Source of the DNA: Scyliorhinus canicula
Taxonomy: Eukaryota
DNA length: 64,000 bases
Assembly: GCF_902713615.1 (NCBI RefSeq)
Contig: NC_052164.1
Location: 97,363,575 to 97,427,574, forward strand
Reading direction: 5' to 3'
The position numbers and the translations under genes are program-made. This document shows, piece after piece, positions 12,981 to 26,200 of this stretch. How positions within the stretch are numbered: position 1 is the stretch's first letter; every line of letters begins with the position of its first letter. Under the pieces are notes generated by a model that was not told the origin of the DNA, searched no databases, and saw only the letters and a list, made by a program, of their open reading frames with translations.

Positions 12981-14195
12981 TGCAGAGTTTTTCAGTAGAG
13001 AAAGCAGCTTCTTGACCCATCGTGCCTCTTTCAGCATCTTGAAAGAGATTTCCAGACAGTCTCAAGCCCCATTCTATTCTAAAAGCCCTGCAAATGTTTC
13101 CCTTTCAATTACATATCAAAACTCTTTTTTAGAGTTAGTATTATTGAATCTCTTTTCAACACTCTTCCAGGCAGTATATTAATGACTGCTCACTACATAC
13201 AGATACCTCCTCATTTTCCCTCAGATTATTTTGACCGTTGCCAACTCTCCAACAGTGGAAACCTTGGGCGGGATTTCCGTTCCCCGAAGCCGATTTTGTA
13301 ATTGACGATCGGGAGAAGAATCCCTTTTGACGGTGAAATCGGGGACGGCACCTGTTTAATGCAGGTTTTGTATGCTCCGCCTCCTCCCAAACGGCATCGT
13401 CAAGTCGCGCGCCACACGCCACTGAGACAGCCTCTGATGGGCCGAGTTCCTGACGGCACGGTTCACTTCTGGTCTCAGCCGTCTGATTGGGATGCTAGGT
13501 AATGACGTGCTACATGGCCCGTCAACCCATGGGAATCCACTTGGGATGTGCGAAGTGCTCACTGAACCACGATTACCAATTTCCGCTAAGCAATTGCCTT
13601 CAGCTGTACGGCCAGAGGCCTCGGCAGTTGGCGGGGCTCATGGGTGGTCGGCTGGGGCGGACAGACAAAAACAAGCGTTTCCCCTGGAACAGGTACACAC
13701 GATCCAGGAGTTGGCTGATGGTGCCGCGAGCGGTTGCCTCTTGGATTCCCCCCCCAGCGCCCCCCAAAACCTCCCATGGTGGTCCACCCCTAGCCGACCG
13801 TCCAACACCCCCCCCATCAAGCACTGGGGCGGCAAGCCCAGCTCCCCCGGGTTCTTTGCTTGTGAGCAAAGATGCCTCACACAGCCACAGGCATGTACCT
13901 GATCACACACATCAATTTTTACAAGTAATGTTTCTAACATGCACATTTAGCATTGTAATTCATACAGACATTCACAAACAAGCTACATACACAACATGAG
14001 AGTGTTCACAGCATCACATAACAATCTTTTTACATGCACATGTACCCTACCCTTTTTAGAGTAGATTTTATCCAAATTATACAATTGTAAGATCAAGAAA
14101 TCTTCAAGGTGATATATCTGTTCAATTTTACAGTTGAATTTATTTTTGTTTTCTTCGTTACAGGTCCCTATTGAGCAGTCAGAACAAGTGGCGAG

Positions 14196-14843
14196 ATGGC
14201 GTTGACATTTTTTGGATGGGAGACTATTTATGACAATAATCATCATTTGCTGTCAAATCAGGAACCGAAGAATGGGACAGAATACATCATGTACCATGGC
14301 ACCACAGTCAGTAATGCAAGGTCTATCATACAAACAGGCTTCAGGCAATCAAGCAAGGGCATGCTAGGCCCTGGAGTCTATATTAGCAGAGACAAAGAGA
14401 AAGCTAAGAGGTATCCAATTAGTAGTCCAAGCGATAGAGTAATCTTAGTGTTAAAAGTACAAGTCGGAAAGGTCAAGATAATAGATAAAGAAAATCATCC
14501 TATGGCAAAGACTTGGTATCAACAGGGGTATGATACAGCTTGGGTCCCTCCCAACTGTGGGATGAGAAATGTTCCCAGTGGATTGGAGGAAGACTGTGTT
14601 TGGGATCCACAAAGAATCCGGGTAGTCGATGTAATAAATTCCCCCAATCCGGGAACAACACAGCAGTTGAAAGATTTGCTTCAAGCAAGATCGTACAGTA
14701 ACCCTGCGCCTGAGTCAGAGACAGCTGAGCACTGCGGTGTCTGTAAAAGCACCATGGCGCCTCCTCACCTGTTGCAGACCTGCTGGGGGTGTGGACAGAC
14801 CATCTGCCCTTTTATGGGAAGTCATTTCTGCGAGTCGAATTGA
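14196..14843 (+). CDS. gig2: Gig2-like ADP-ribosyltransferase-domain protein, long type with C-terminal Cys/His finger (215 aa)
   Basis: Motifs YIMYHGT, GMLGPGVYISRD, AKRYP, GYDTAWVPP and GLEEDCVWDP. Acceptor ttttcttcgttacag ends at 14163. Confidence 0.9.
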   Translation: MALTFFGWETIYDNNHHLLSNQEPKNGTEYIMYHGTTVSNARSIIQTGFRQSSKGMLGPGVYISRDKEKAKRYPISSPSDRVILVLKVQVGKVKIIDKENHPMAKTWYQQGYDTAWVPPNCGMRNVPSGLEEDCVWDPQRIRVVDVINSPNPGTTQQLKDLLQARSYSNPAPESETAEHCGVCKSTMAPPHLLQTCWGCGQTICPFMGSHFCESN

Positions 14844-15170
14844 AACCATCTCGACCCGATGGGACCGCCACCTGCCTCTATTTTTCAGTCTTTTTCTCCA
14901 CAGCTTTGACATTGCCTGCTTAACGAAATACTGCTGGGAATCTTGGCTCGGCACATTTACCTTTCTCCCCTGTTGGCCATGTCTGCTGGTTCATTGCCCT
15001 TGAAAAGAGAGTTATGATTGGCTTGGCTCTTGGAGGTGTGGAAACTGGAACTGTCCGACGCAGTGAATCTGATATCCTGCAGATCAAAATAAGTCAGGCA
15101 AAGTTTAATCAAAGGCACTTTGCTGGGGTAGATTCTGTCCACAATTAAGGGAAACCGGGAAATCCCTCTT

Positions 15171-15727
15171 TTTTAAAAAATAATTTTTATTGGATTTTTT
15201 TACAGAAAATATGACAACAAACAATGAAATGCAACAAAATAACCCCATAATAACTGTAACACCCCCAAGACCGTATCAACGCATGTATCACATCCCCCCC
15301 ACCCCCCAAACCCAGTGAACAACAACAGAACTTAAAAATAAATTAAAATTAAATAAACAAACATAGTCATCGTTCCCCCCCCCTTTTCCCACCCCCTCCT
15401 CCCCCCCTCCCCCCCGGGTTGCTGCTGCTGCTGTCCCAGTACCCTATCATTGAGCCAGGAAGTCGAGGAAAGGTTGCCACCGCCTAAAGAACCCTTGTAC
15501 CGATCCTCTCAGGGTGAATTTGACCTTCTCTAGCTTAATAAAACCCGCCATGTCATTGATCCAGGTCTCCACGCTTGGGGGCCTCGCATCCTTCCATTGT
15601 AGCAAGATCCTTCGCCGGGCTACTAGGGACGCAAAGGCCAGCACACCGGCCTCTTTCGCCTCCTGCACTCCCGGCTCCACCCCAACCCCAAAAATCGCGA
15701 GTCCCCAGCCTGGCTTGACCCTGGATC
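15171..15727 (-). mobile_element. Short 3' fragment of the same L1 family
   Basis: ORF 15447-15680 is nearly identical to the C-terminus of ORF 28922-29620. Flanked by an imperfect TSD, gggaaatccctctt (15157-15170) and gagaaattcctctt (15728-15741). Confidence 0.85.
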
Positions 15728-16706
15728 GAGAAATTCCTCTTGAATTGCTGAGAATTTTGAGAAATACAGAAACTGCCTTTAAGCAGCACCTTTCACAAAT
15801 TCAGGACATCCCAAAGCAGTTGAAACGGACAAAGATACTTATTGCATAAACAATTTGAGCATGGAGACTCTCTGCGAGCTCTCTCACACAGATCCTCTTC
15901 CTACACCTCCTATAACCGTACTAATCTCTTAAAACCTACTTCTAACACCAAGCCTTACTTCTAACACCAACCCTATCATTAAGAGTTCTCTTTTATGTTC
16001 TCTTGGCATTGTGTATTTTATGTTTGCCCTCCGCATTTTTCATGTATGGAATGATCCGTCTGGACTGTACGCAGAACAATACTTTTCACTGTACCTCGGT
16101 AGACCTGACATTAACCAAATCCAAATCAAAGCTGTTTAATCATGCGAACGTCATGCGTCCAATCAGCAATTTTGAATTTCTGTGTTTGGATCAATGAGTC
16201 AATTATGATGTAATTCGAAGCCGCTTACTGCCAGTTGGAGGGTGGCTATTGGTATGTGATATCGCGTTTACATCCCCAGGGTTTCCCCGAGTCACTGACC
16301 CACAATTGGAAAAATTTATGACAAGGAAGAAGGATCATTATATTAAAATAACATCTGATGTGGATAATAGCAACAGTGCTGGAGGATCATGTTTTAAGTT
16401 CTGAAGATTAGTTATTATTATCCAGCAATATGAGTTCTCACAACGGGGAGAAATGTTGAAGATTAAGTTTGAAATCTGGCAGTGGAAACACTAGGCTGGA
16501 TCCCCCCCCCCCCCCCCCCCCCCCCCCAGCAGCGTATTTCTCCCGGCGGCGTGTCATTCTCTATTCCCGCCGCTTGCCAATGGAATTTCCTATTGAAGAC
16601 ACCCCACACCGCCGGGGAACAGAGAATCCCGCCAGCCAGGGATATTACCTGAAATAATGAGACTGCACTATAATCCATTATATTTTTAGACTACTTCTGT
16701 AGTTAA

Positions 16707-16929
16707 AGGGGCTGGTTTAGCTCAAGGGGCTGGTTTAGCTCAAGGGGCTGGTTTAGCTCACAAGGCTAAATCGCTGGCTTATAAAGCAGACCAAGCAGGC
16801 CAGCAGCACGGTTCGATTCCCGTACCAGCCTCCCCGGACAGGCGCCGGAATGTGGCGACTAGGGGCTTTTCACAGTAACTTCATTGAAGCCTACTCGTGA
16901 CAATAAGCGATTTTCATTTTCATTTCATT
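16707..16929 (+). mobile_element. Second tRNA-derived SINE family (tail GGCGACTAGGGGCTTTTCACAGTAACTTCATTG) with triplicated head
   Basis: Related copies near 6650-6840, 25475-25665, 44674-44850, 50100-50280 and 60377-60560. Confidence 0.7.
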
Positions 16930-17169
16930 AAAGAATCCTAAACTAGGAAGACAACATGAAAAGATAAATCTGTGCCAAGGACAATATTATAACCTTCTCC
17001 AAGTCCAGATGGCACATTTCGATTCACTTTATTACTGCCAACTAGAGACTTGATTCTATTGCGAGGCCTTTCTAAGCCAATCTTTCTCGGAACTTTGGGA
17101 ATAGGTGTTGGATATTTGGATATGGGGTTGGACCGAACACTGACTTCATCCAAATATAATAGTTTTTTA

Positions 17170-17835
17170 AAAATTTGTTACTGGGATGTGGGCACCACTA
17201 GCTAGGCCAACATTTATTGTCCATCCCTAGTTGCCTTTGAGAAGGTGGTGGGAGTTGCTTTCTTGAACCGCTACAGTCCCTGGAGTGTAGGTACAACAGC
17301 AGTGCTGCTAGGGAGAGAGATCCAGGAGTTTTGCCCCAGTGACAGTGAAGGAACGGCAATATATTTCCAAATCAGGATCGTGAGTGACTTGGAGGGAACC
17401 TCCAGGTGGGGGTGATCCCAGGTATCTGCTGCTCTTGTCCTTCTAGGTGGTAGTGGTTGTGGGTTTGGAAGGTGTTGCCTAAGGGACCCCTTGGTGAGTT
17501 CCTGCAGTGCAGCTTGTAGATTGTACACACGGCTGCTACAGTGTGTCGGTGTGGAGGGAGTGAAAGTTTGTGGAAGGGGGAGCAATCAAGCGGGCTGCTT
17601 TGTCCTGGATGGTGTTGAGCTTCTTGAGTGTTGTTGGAGCTGCACTCATCCAGGAAAGTGGAGATTATTCCATTACACTCCTGACTTGTGCCTTATAGAT
17701 GGTGGACAGGCGAGGGGGGGGGGTGAGGAGATGAGTTACTCGCTGTGGGATCCCTAGCCTTTGACCTGCCGTGGTAGCCACAGTATTAATATGGCTAGTC
17801 CAGTTCAGTTTCTGGTCAATGGTAACCCCTAGGAT
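17170..17835 (-). mobile_element. Degenerate CR1/L2-clade LINE 3' fragment
   Basis: Reverse complement carries CCATCCAGGACAAAGCAGCCCGCTTG and an SWNSLP-like segment. Related + strand copies sit in each unit (~31730-32200, 40160-40615, 51705-52175, 61980-62450). Confidence 0.6.
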
Positions 17836-20800
17836 TTAAATTGGCACCACTTAGGGTTAATAAAAATAAAATTAGATCATAACTTGAGGGGAAAAGATGA
17901 GAATGAGTAAACTGAAATGAGCTGCCGTAAGAGATTATTTTCTATGATACATGTTATGTAACATTGTGTGCAGACATGAGTATTTGTAACTTAAAATCTT
18001 TAATAAATATGCGAGCTATTTTGATGTTGTGGTTGGATTTCTTATTAATATGAATACAAGGCTGGAAAAAAAAATTCTGAATTACTGAAACGAGGGCCGT
18101 GATTCAGTGGGCTCATTGTGCTCGAGCAAGAGAGGCCAAAAACAAGATTCGCTCTGGGCGCCAAACCATTTGCAATGCAACCAGCCCGCTCCTGTAGGCG
18201 AAATTGGAATTCCACCGTAGCATGATGAGAAACCAATTACCACCACTTAAACCCCATTTCCATGCAATTAACGGGAGTCACCCCCAAATCCAACAGCCTC
18301 CCGTCATTCACCCCCCCCCCCCCCCCCCCAGCAAGTGGTCACGCTGGCACCAATTAGTACTCCTTTTTAGAACGTGACAATGGTAGAAGGGTTGTTGCGG
18401 AGGTCCGAGGAGGTGAGTAGCCATCATCGCTCACAGACATTGAGCCCGGGGGCATTGGCCTTGATGCCCCTGTCCTCGGAGAGTGGTGGAGGGCAACTGG
18501 GTTGGGGGGGGGGGATCCACCCTTGGCTGGGGTGCTCCGCTATGGGGGTTCAGAGCTCGGGAGGGGGGGGGGGGGGGAAAGGGGTGCTCCGCAGAGGGGG
18601 GGGGGAGGGGAACCTATGCCACGCCAACCCCTAGATTGTGTGTACCCGTTCCCGGGGCAAACCTTGTCCCTGCCTGTCTGCCCCACTGACCACCCATAAC
18701 CCCCACTGATTGTGAGGGCTCTGGCCATGCGGCTGGAGGCTATTGCTAAGAGGCAATTGGCACTCGTAGTTAAGTGAGAACTTCACACATCCCTTTAAAA
18801 TTACAGAGCAGAGAGGAAACTGCAGGGCTGTGACACAAATTGAATCATTCTTTTGAGGAACTGCCACAGGCAAGATGGGCAGAATGGCCTCCTTCTGTGC
18901 CACATCATTCTATGAAGCTATGGAAAGACAAAATTGCTCTTTCTGCAAAGACATAGTGAATTATGAAATGTATTCTCTATAAATGCATTTAAGAGTGTGT
19001 TTCCGTGACCCTGACAATTTTTCAGTCCATCTTGGGTGGGGAGTCACAGAATATTGTGCACTTTTTGCACCTGGCCACAACCCTGCCTCTGCACACCCCT
19101 CCCCTCTGCATTTCCCAGTGGTTACACCCAGAGATGCTTGTCCATGTATGGGTGGGTCTCTTCAATTTGCAAACCAGCCTCAAGATTGTTTTACTTTTAA
19201 TCAGTTATTTTCCTTCACAATCTCGTTCTCAAAGTTCCAACACAGAACATGGTGCTTCCCAAGACCCGAGGGATTGATTCATCAGTCATCCTTACTGGTC
19301 CTCTAGATTCCTCTCATTTCTTTGCCTGTGACCATTAAATTCCTTTCTCAAAGTTGCTTCTAAAATCTTACTTGGATCAGAAGTGGTTTTTCACCCGACA
19401 GGAAAAAGATACTATTCATATATAACGTCGCATATCAGAAAGCCATCTCAGTACAACGACTGTACATACAATTCATGTACTTTATCTGACAGTTCACGAC
19501 TAGTATTAAGCATTACACTTTATTTTAAATGACGACAATTATTTTAAAGTAATACAAATCAGGACAGAAAAGCAAAATGGTATCTCCTGACACAACAGGA
19601 ACGGACTCTGTACGTGCCACATTCTTCTCTTCCAAGGGCACACATTCCTAAATTGGAACTTCTATTTAACCCTTTCCCCAGAGTTCAATTTTACACAAAG
19701 ACTCATTTCGGCGAAGGGCACAATGATTGCTAATGTCGACCCGTGTGTGATGGCGTGCAGATAAATATGCCGGGACGGCTGATGCTGTTTTTCGAGGAGT
19801 AGTCTGGGGCAAATTTAAACTAATACGGTTCAGTGGGTTACCCTTAATGTCGCCAAGTTTTGCACCATAAAATCCATTCGAAGTGCGGACCAAATCGAAA
19901 TAAATGGTGGTCCTGTGAGTGAAAAGGAACTTAATTTGGAGAAGCCTTTATTTCAAAGCAGTTGGAAAGTAAGAATAAGGATGGCTTGCTGCAATTATAT
20001 GTTGTTTTGTTGAGGACAGACCTGTAGTGCTGAGTACAGTTTGGTCTGATGTATGGAAGAATATATTTGCCTTAGAGAGGGTGGGTGGAAGGAATGGCTG
20101 CAATAAAAGTTCATTTGATTGATTCCTGGGATAAGAGGTTTGGCCATTGAGGAGAGATTGGGTAAAATACATCAATATCCACTGGAATTTAGGAGAATTA
20201 GAGAACATAGATCATACAGTGCAGAAGGAGGCCATTCAGCCCATTGAGTCTGCACCGACCCATTTAAGCCCTTGCTTCCACCCGAACCCCGTAACCCAAT
20301 GACCTCTTCTGACCTTTTTAGTTATTTATCATGGCCAATCCACCTAACCTGCACATCTTTGGACTGTGGGAGGAAACCGGAGCACCCGGAGGAAACCCAC
20401 GCAGACACGGGGAGAACATGCAGATTCCGCACAGTCAGTGACCCAGCGGGGCATCGAACCTGGGACCCTGGCGCTGTGATGCCACAGTGCTATCCACTTG
20501 TGCTACCGTGCTGCCATCCACTTGTGTTACCGTACTACCTAATGGAAGGTATGCCATAAGAGGTAATGGGAAGGTTTCAAATACCTAGCAGGTTTGGCAT
20601 GGTAGCCCCTGAGAAGAAACAATCCGGAAACATGGGCCACATTCTCGGGATGAGGGGACTGACCATTTAAGACTTAGATGAGAAGTAATTTCTTCACTCA
20701 GATGGTTGTGAATCTTTGTAATTCTCCGGAGGGTTGTGGGTGCTCATCCATTGAGTATATTCAAGACTGAGATCCAAGATGCTTGGGCACAAAGGGAATC

Positions 20801-22897
20801 AAGGAATACAGGGATCAGGAGGTGAGGTGAGTTTGTTGCAGAAAATCAGTCATGATTTTATTAAACCATAGAGCAGATTCAATGGGGAACATGGTCGACA
20901 CCTTATGTGCGTATGCCAGTCCGAAATTTACATTTTGCCAGTTTAACCTAGTGTCCTCCTTGTCCCTCCCTCATAATTTAGTGAAAAGTAGCTCCCCAGG
21001 TTGACCTCTTCCACATGGTTTACTATCTTGAGGACCTGTATACCGTCACCTCTCAGACTGCTTCATTCAACATGGTGTTGCCCAAGTTCCATTTCAGTTT
21101 TTCTTCACGATTGAGGCCTCAAACTCATAATCACAGGTTTATGGCTCCTCTGACCTCCACCAAATAACCCATTATTGATAATAATAATCTTTATTGTCAC
21201 AAGTAGGCTTGCACTAACACTTCAATTAAATTACTGTGAAAAGCCCCCTGTTGCCACATTCCGGTTCCTGTTCGGGTACACAGAGGGAGAATTCAGAATG
21301 TCCAAATTACCGAACAGCACGTCTTTCGCGACTTGTGGGAGGAAATCGGAGCACCCGGGGGAAACCCACGCAGACACGTTGAGAATGTGCAGACTCCTCA
21401 CACAGACAGTGACCCAAGCCGGGAATTGAACCTGGGACCCTGGTGCTGTGAAGCAACAGTGCTAACCACTGTGTGACTGTGCCACCCCATAATGTATAGT
21501 AGACCATAATGTAGCCTGACAGCCCAGTGTGCCACAGAGGGACTGCTGCATTGTGTGAGGTTCCCCATTTTTGGATGCAACGCTAAAGAAATGACCAGTG
21601 ATAAAGGATGATGTGTGATAGGGAGGCAAAGGAGAAACATGAATTTGTTGGAGATGCAAGGGTAATGCTCGGTTATTGCTTGCAGGCTGCGGAAGTGCCT
21701 GTTTACCGCAGCTTGGCACAGAGAGGTAAGCTATCTGGTGAATCAACGTGACAGCCATTATGCAGCAATGGGTTAATTCAACACTGCAAAATAAAAAACT
21801 TAAATATTCACGGTTTCGTAGAATAAATAAGATCAGAATCAAATTAAAGGCATCAAATAAGGTCTTAATTCTATAATGTGAGTGCTTATGTTAAGAAGTA
21901 AGCTGTTAGCAACAGGAAACATCTGTTTTTTCACCCACTGGGTGGGGTTTCTTTTCTCCTGAACAGCAATGTTTCACTTTCAATTCAGCTAAATGACAGT
22001 GTCTATTTCGGAATGAACATAGTTTCATGATGTGACATATTTTGGTTCTCAGTTAATTAAAAACAGGGGTGCGCAACCACTGCTGAGTACAATTTTTGCT
22101 TCCACAATTTGAGTTCATCGTCCTCTCCAGGAGCTACAGCTGGTTCTGTTTCCCCCAGCCAATGGCAATCTTGACACATTTTCTCCAAGAGGCCACTCTT
22201 CATTTGTGTGCCAGCTGGCACGGGTATATGATGTAGCCCTCCGCCTAAATTCAATCCTGGCCGTACGTGCTCAGCTGCACACATTCTGGCATGAAGTAGC
22301 GGCCAATGGTCAGCTTTGAGAATCCTACTAGAATCCGACTGGATACTACCCCTTCCAAGTCCAGGCTCTTTGCCATGAACTGCTTTTTCCTTGCCAATTG
22401 ATTGGCCTGCTGCACACAGGCTAACTTTTCTTCTTTAGTTTCAAATTCAAAAAAGTTAAAGTTAGATTCTTTTGACTTCTTTGGTCTAACTTGGACATTC
22501 TGTGAATAAACCCATTTTTACAGTTGATTTTTGGTAATCGAGGGTTGCTGGAAAAAGCAGCATTTATTGCCCGTGTTCAGTTGTCCAGCACCTGTACAGT
22601 GTAGGATTGAGTGACATGTAAGGTAGACTAGGTATAAACTAGTTAAACTAGGGAGCAGCTGTTCCCCTTAGTTCTTTTAAAAAAAAATTTAGAGTACCCA
22701 ATTATTTTTCTTCCAATTAAGGGGCAATTTGGCATGGCCAATCCACCTACCCTGCACATCTATGGTTTGTGGGGCGAAACCCACACAAACACGGGGAGAA
22801 TGTGCAAACTCCACACGGAGAGTGACCGGGAGCTGGGATCGAACCTGGGACCTCAGCGCTGTAGGCAGCAGTGCTAACCACTGCGCCACCATGCCAC

Positions 22898-23210
22898 GTT
22901 GAAGGGTCAGTTATGAGGGGACAGAAGTTCAAGGTGAGGGGCATGAGATTCAGGGGGGATTTGAGGAAAATCTTCTTTACCCAGAGGGTGGTGGTGGTCT
23001 GGAATGCGCTGCCTGGGAGGGTGGTAGAGCTGGGTTGCCTCACATCCTTTGAAACCATGTGGATGAGCACATGGCACATCATAGCGTTCAAGGCTATGGG
23101 CCAGGTGCTGGCAAATGGGATTAGGTAGGTAGGTCAGGTGTCTTTCATGCCTCGGTGCAAACTCAATAGGCCAAAGATCCTCTTCTGGACTGTATTATTG
23201 ATTCTGTGAT
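22898..23210 (+). mobile_element. CR1-type LINE 3' fragment
   Basis: Motif RFRGDLRKIFFTQRVVVVWNALP. Confidence 0.75.
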
Positions 23211-26200
23211 TAAATATTAGGTTTCATTTCCTGAAAGACATCAGTGAACCAGTTGTGGCAGTAACATCATAGAACCAGAGAGTGATACACCAAAGAAGGC
23301 CATTATCTGAATATTGCCTTGCCATCGACAATAGGCCACCTGGCCTGCAATATGAAGCTACTATCGCAGGTCTTCAGAAACACAGGAAGACATTGTCAAT
23401 ATAGCAGTAAAGGAGGGGGCAGTTCCAACACTGGATAGGAATGTAGCTGGGATGTTGTGCCTATTTGCATATGCATTTGCATATTAAAATAAAGTACTTT
23501 TCAACATACCTGCTAATTCAAAGCCTCATCATTCAACATTCAAAATATTGTACCACACACAAAGCTGGTGGTCAACCATCCCTCAACCATGGCATCCTCC
23601 ATCCATTCACACCCGCACAGTCCCTTGAATCCCACAGCTCAACATCCTATAGTCTACAGCTACAATATCCTTCAGCCCAAATGAATCCATATGTTCACTA
23701 AATCGCACCTCCACTTTTCCACAGGTCCATTAAGTACAGGCAGAAGTTCTATTTTAGTACGGTGGCAATTTTCTTGTGTCTGAGGAAGGAAGTTGGGGGT
23801 TCAAGGTCCGCAGCGCGTGCACTGCCAGAAAGAACGGTGAAAGCAGATTTAATAACTTTCAAAAGGAAATTGTAAATATTTGAAATGAGAAAGAATGCAG
23901 GGGTATGAAGAAAAAGAAGGGAGTGGTCTGAATTGGATCGTTCGTTCAATTGGATCATTTCTGTGCTGATAATTCTAAGATTTACTGATCGTGTTGTTGT
24001 ATAATGCAATTGACCCCATTTGGAATGGTATGTGCTGTTTTGTTAACTTGGTAATAACGGTAGTTAGCACTGCTGCCTCACGGCGCCAAGAACCCGGGTT
24101 CGACCCCGGCCCCGGGTCACTGTCCATGTGGAGTTTGCACATTCTCCCCGTGTCTGCTTGGGTCTCACCCCCACAACCCAAAGATGTGCAGGGTAGGTGG
24201 ATTGGCCATGCTAAATTGCCCCTTAATTGGAAAAAAAGAATTAAGTACTCTAAATTTATAAAAATAAACTTGGTAATAACAAGAAAAGAGGAACAAGAGT
24301 AATTATGTCCCCTGTGATTTCTACAGCTAAGAAATGTTAAGGGTCTTTGTGCAGAGAGAATTGAAATCTTCAAGTTCATGAAACAGTGTGAGGAGTTTCT
24401 GTAGCTTAATTGTTCCGCATGGTGAAGGATCAGAAATTTAAAATGAGAAAGTTCAGAGGACGATATGAGATATCACGGTGGTGCAGTGGTTAGCACTGCT
24501 GCCTCACAGTGCCAGGGATCCAGGTTCGAGTTTTCAGATTGACGAAGGTAGACATTGTGAGGTTTTTTTCCAGGGAAGACATGGAGTGTAAGAGAGAGAA
24601 GTGACTGAGAAATATGGTTGAAAGTTTGGTAGTTGGGCCTAATCCCTGAGAAAACATTTATTTATCAGGTGTGGTGTCTTTACCAGGGCCACGGTTTCGA
24701 TTCCCGCTTGAGTGACCATCTGTGCAGAGTCTGCGTGAGTTTCCTCCGGGTGCTCCGGTTTCCTCCCACAAAGTCCCGAAAGACGTGCTTATTAGGTGAA
24801 TTGGACATTCTGAATTCTCCCTCTGTGCTCCCGAATGTGGTGACGAGGGAGTTTTCACAGTCACTTTATTGCAGTGTTAATGTAAGCCTACTTGTGACAA
24901 TAATGAAGATTATTATTATTTGGCAGTTTCTATTAAACTTTACTTGATACAGTTTTTGCATTTCCTACTTTTACATTTCTGCTAAAATGGGGACAAGTAT
25001 GAAGTTGGCTGGGCAATGAGTGCAACATCTTACTAACTTGGTGTAATCATTATTAAGCACAAATGTTGTGAGGCAAGCTAGACTTCAAAGGCAGCTAAAC
25101 TGTAAATCACAGTGAGTCACCACTTGCAAATAATGTCGGAATTTTCCACCGTTGGGATTTTACGCTACCGTCAATGGCGGCTGGAATTCTCCGGACGTTG
25201 GGATTCGCTGTTCCCGCCGGCAGCGCCCACCCATACACGGGTTTCCAGGCAAGCATGGGGTTGGCTTCAATGGGAAATCTCATTGGCAAGCGGCTGGAGT
25301 AGAGAATCCCGCCGTCAGCGAACGACGCGCCTCCAAGAAACACACAGCCGGGCAACCGGACAATCTGGATTGTCCAATGGTTCGCCGCATTTTCCAATCC
25401 AACTTCCCTCCATGACGGGACTGTAAAATTCAGCCCGGAATACCAATCAGGTCACCTTTGATGGTTTATTTGTAAAGGGCTGGTTAAGCACACTCAGCTA
25501 AATCGCTGGCTTTTAAAGCAGACCAAGCAGGCCAGCAGCACGGTTCGATTCCTGTACCAGCCTCCCCGAACAGGCGGCAGAATGTGGCGACTAGGGGCTT
25601 TTCACAGTAACTTCATTGAAGCCTACTCGTGACAATAAGCGATTTTCATTTTTTTTCATTTCATTTTCTTTCTAATCCATTTTTAGTTACCCCTCCCCTA
25701 CCCCAAATGATCATGGCTAATTTCATTCTTTGAGGGTTGTTTTCAAGCTTTGTACAGCCTGTAAAAATAAAGTAAGCATTTTCTCAGTTAGTTCAAAGGA
25801 ATGTCCTCTCAACCTGAGCAATGCTTTCTTCCTGCTGTTTTCTGCTGAGTGTCAGGAGGCTGAAGATTGGTGTACAACAGGTTGGTGAAACTATATTTAG
25901 GTTGTTGCGTGAAATCTGGAGCATTTTTAGTAAATTTTACCACGGGACAAGGAAACATCTGAATGAAAAATACCTACTTTTCACTTATAATTATTGACTT
26001 AACAATTGGAATATCAAGCTTCAAAACTGTGTATTCTGAGAAATTTCACCTCATTATTACAAAGACAACTTAAACATATTCTTCTACAGAGGAAAGACTG
26101 AAATTGCTAGTCAGAATTAAATTAAGGAAATTTGTTTATGTCGGCCTTTCACAACAGCTGGACCAGTCAAAGCACTTTCCAGTCAATTAGGTACTTTTGA

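Noticed and set aside
13492-13999. Overlapping 136-165 aa ORFs upstream of the second gene as extra coding exons
   Set aside because: They lie within a GC-rich repeat also found at ~18.4-18.8 kb and ~46.2-46.5 kb.
16707-16760. Short direct repeats as a possible CRISPR-like array
   Set aside because: No spacers, eukaryotic context; it is a SINE head triplication.
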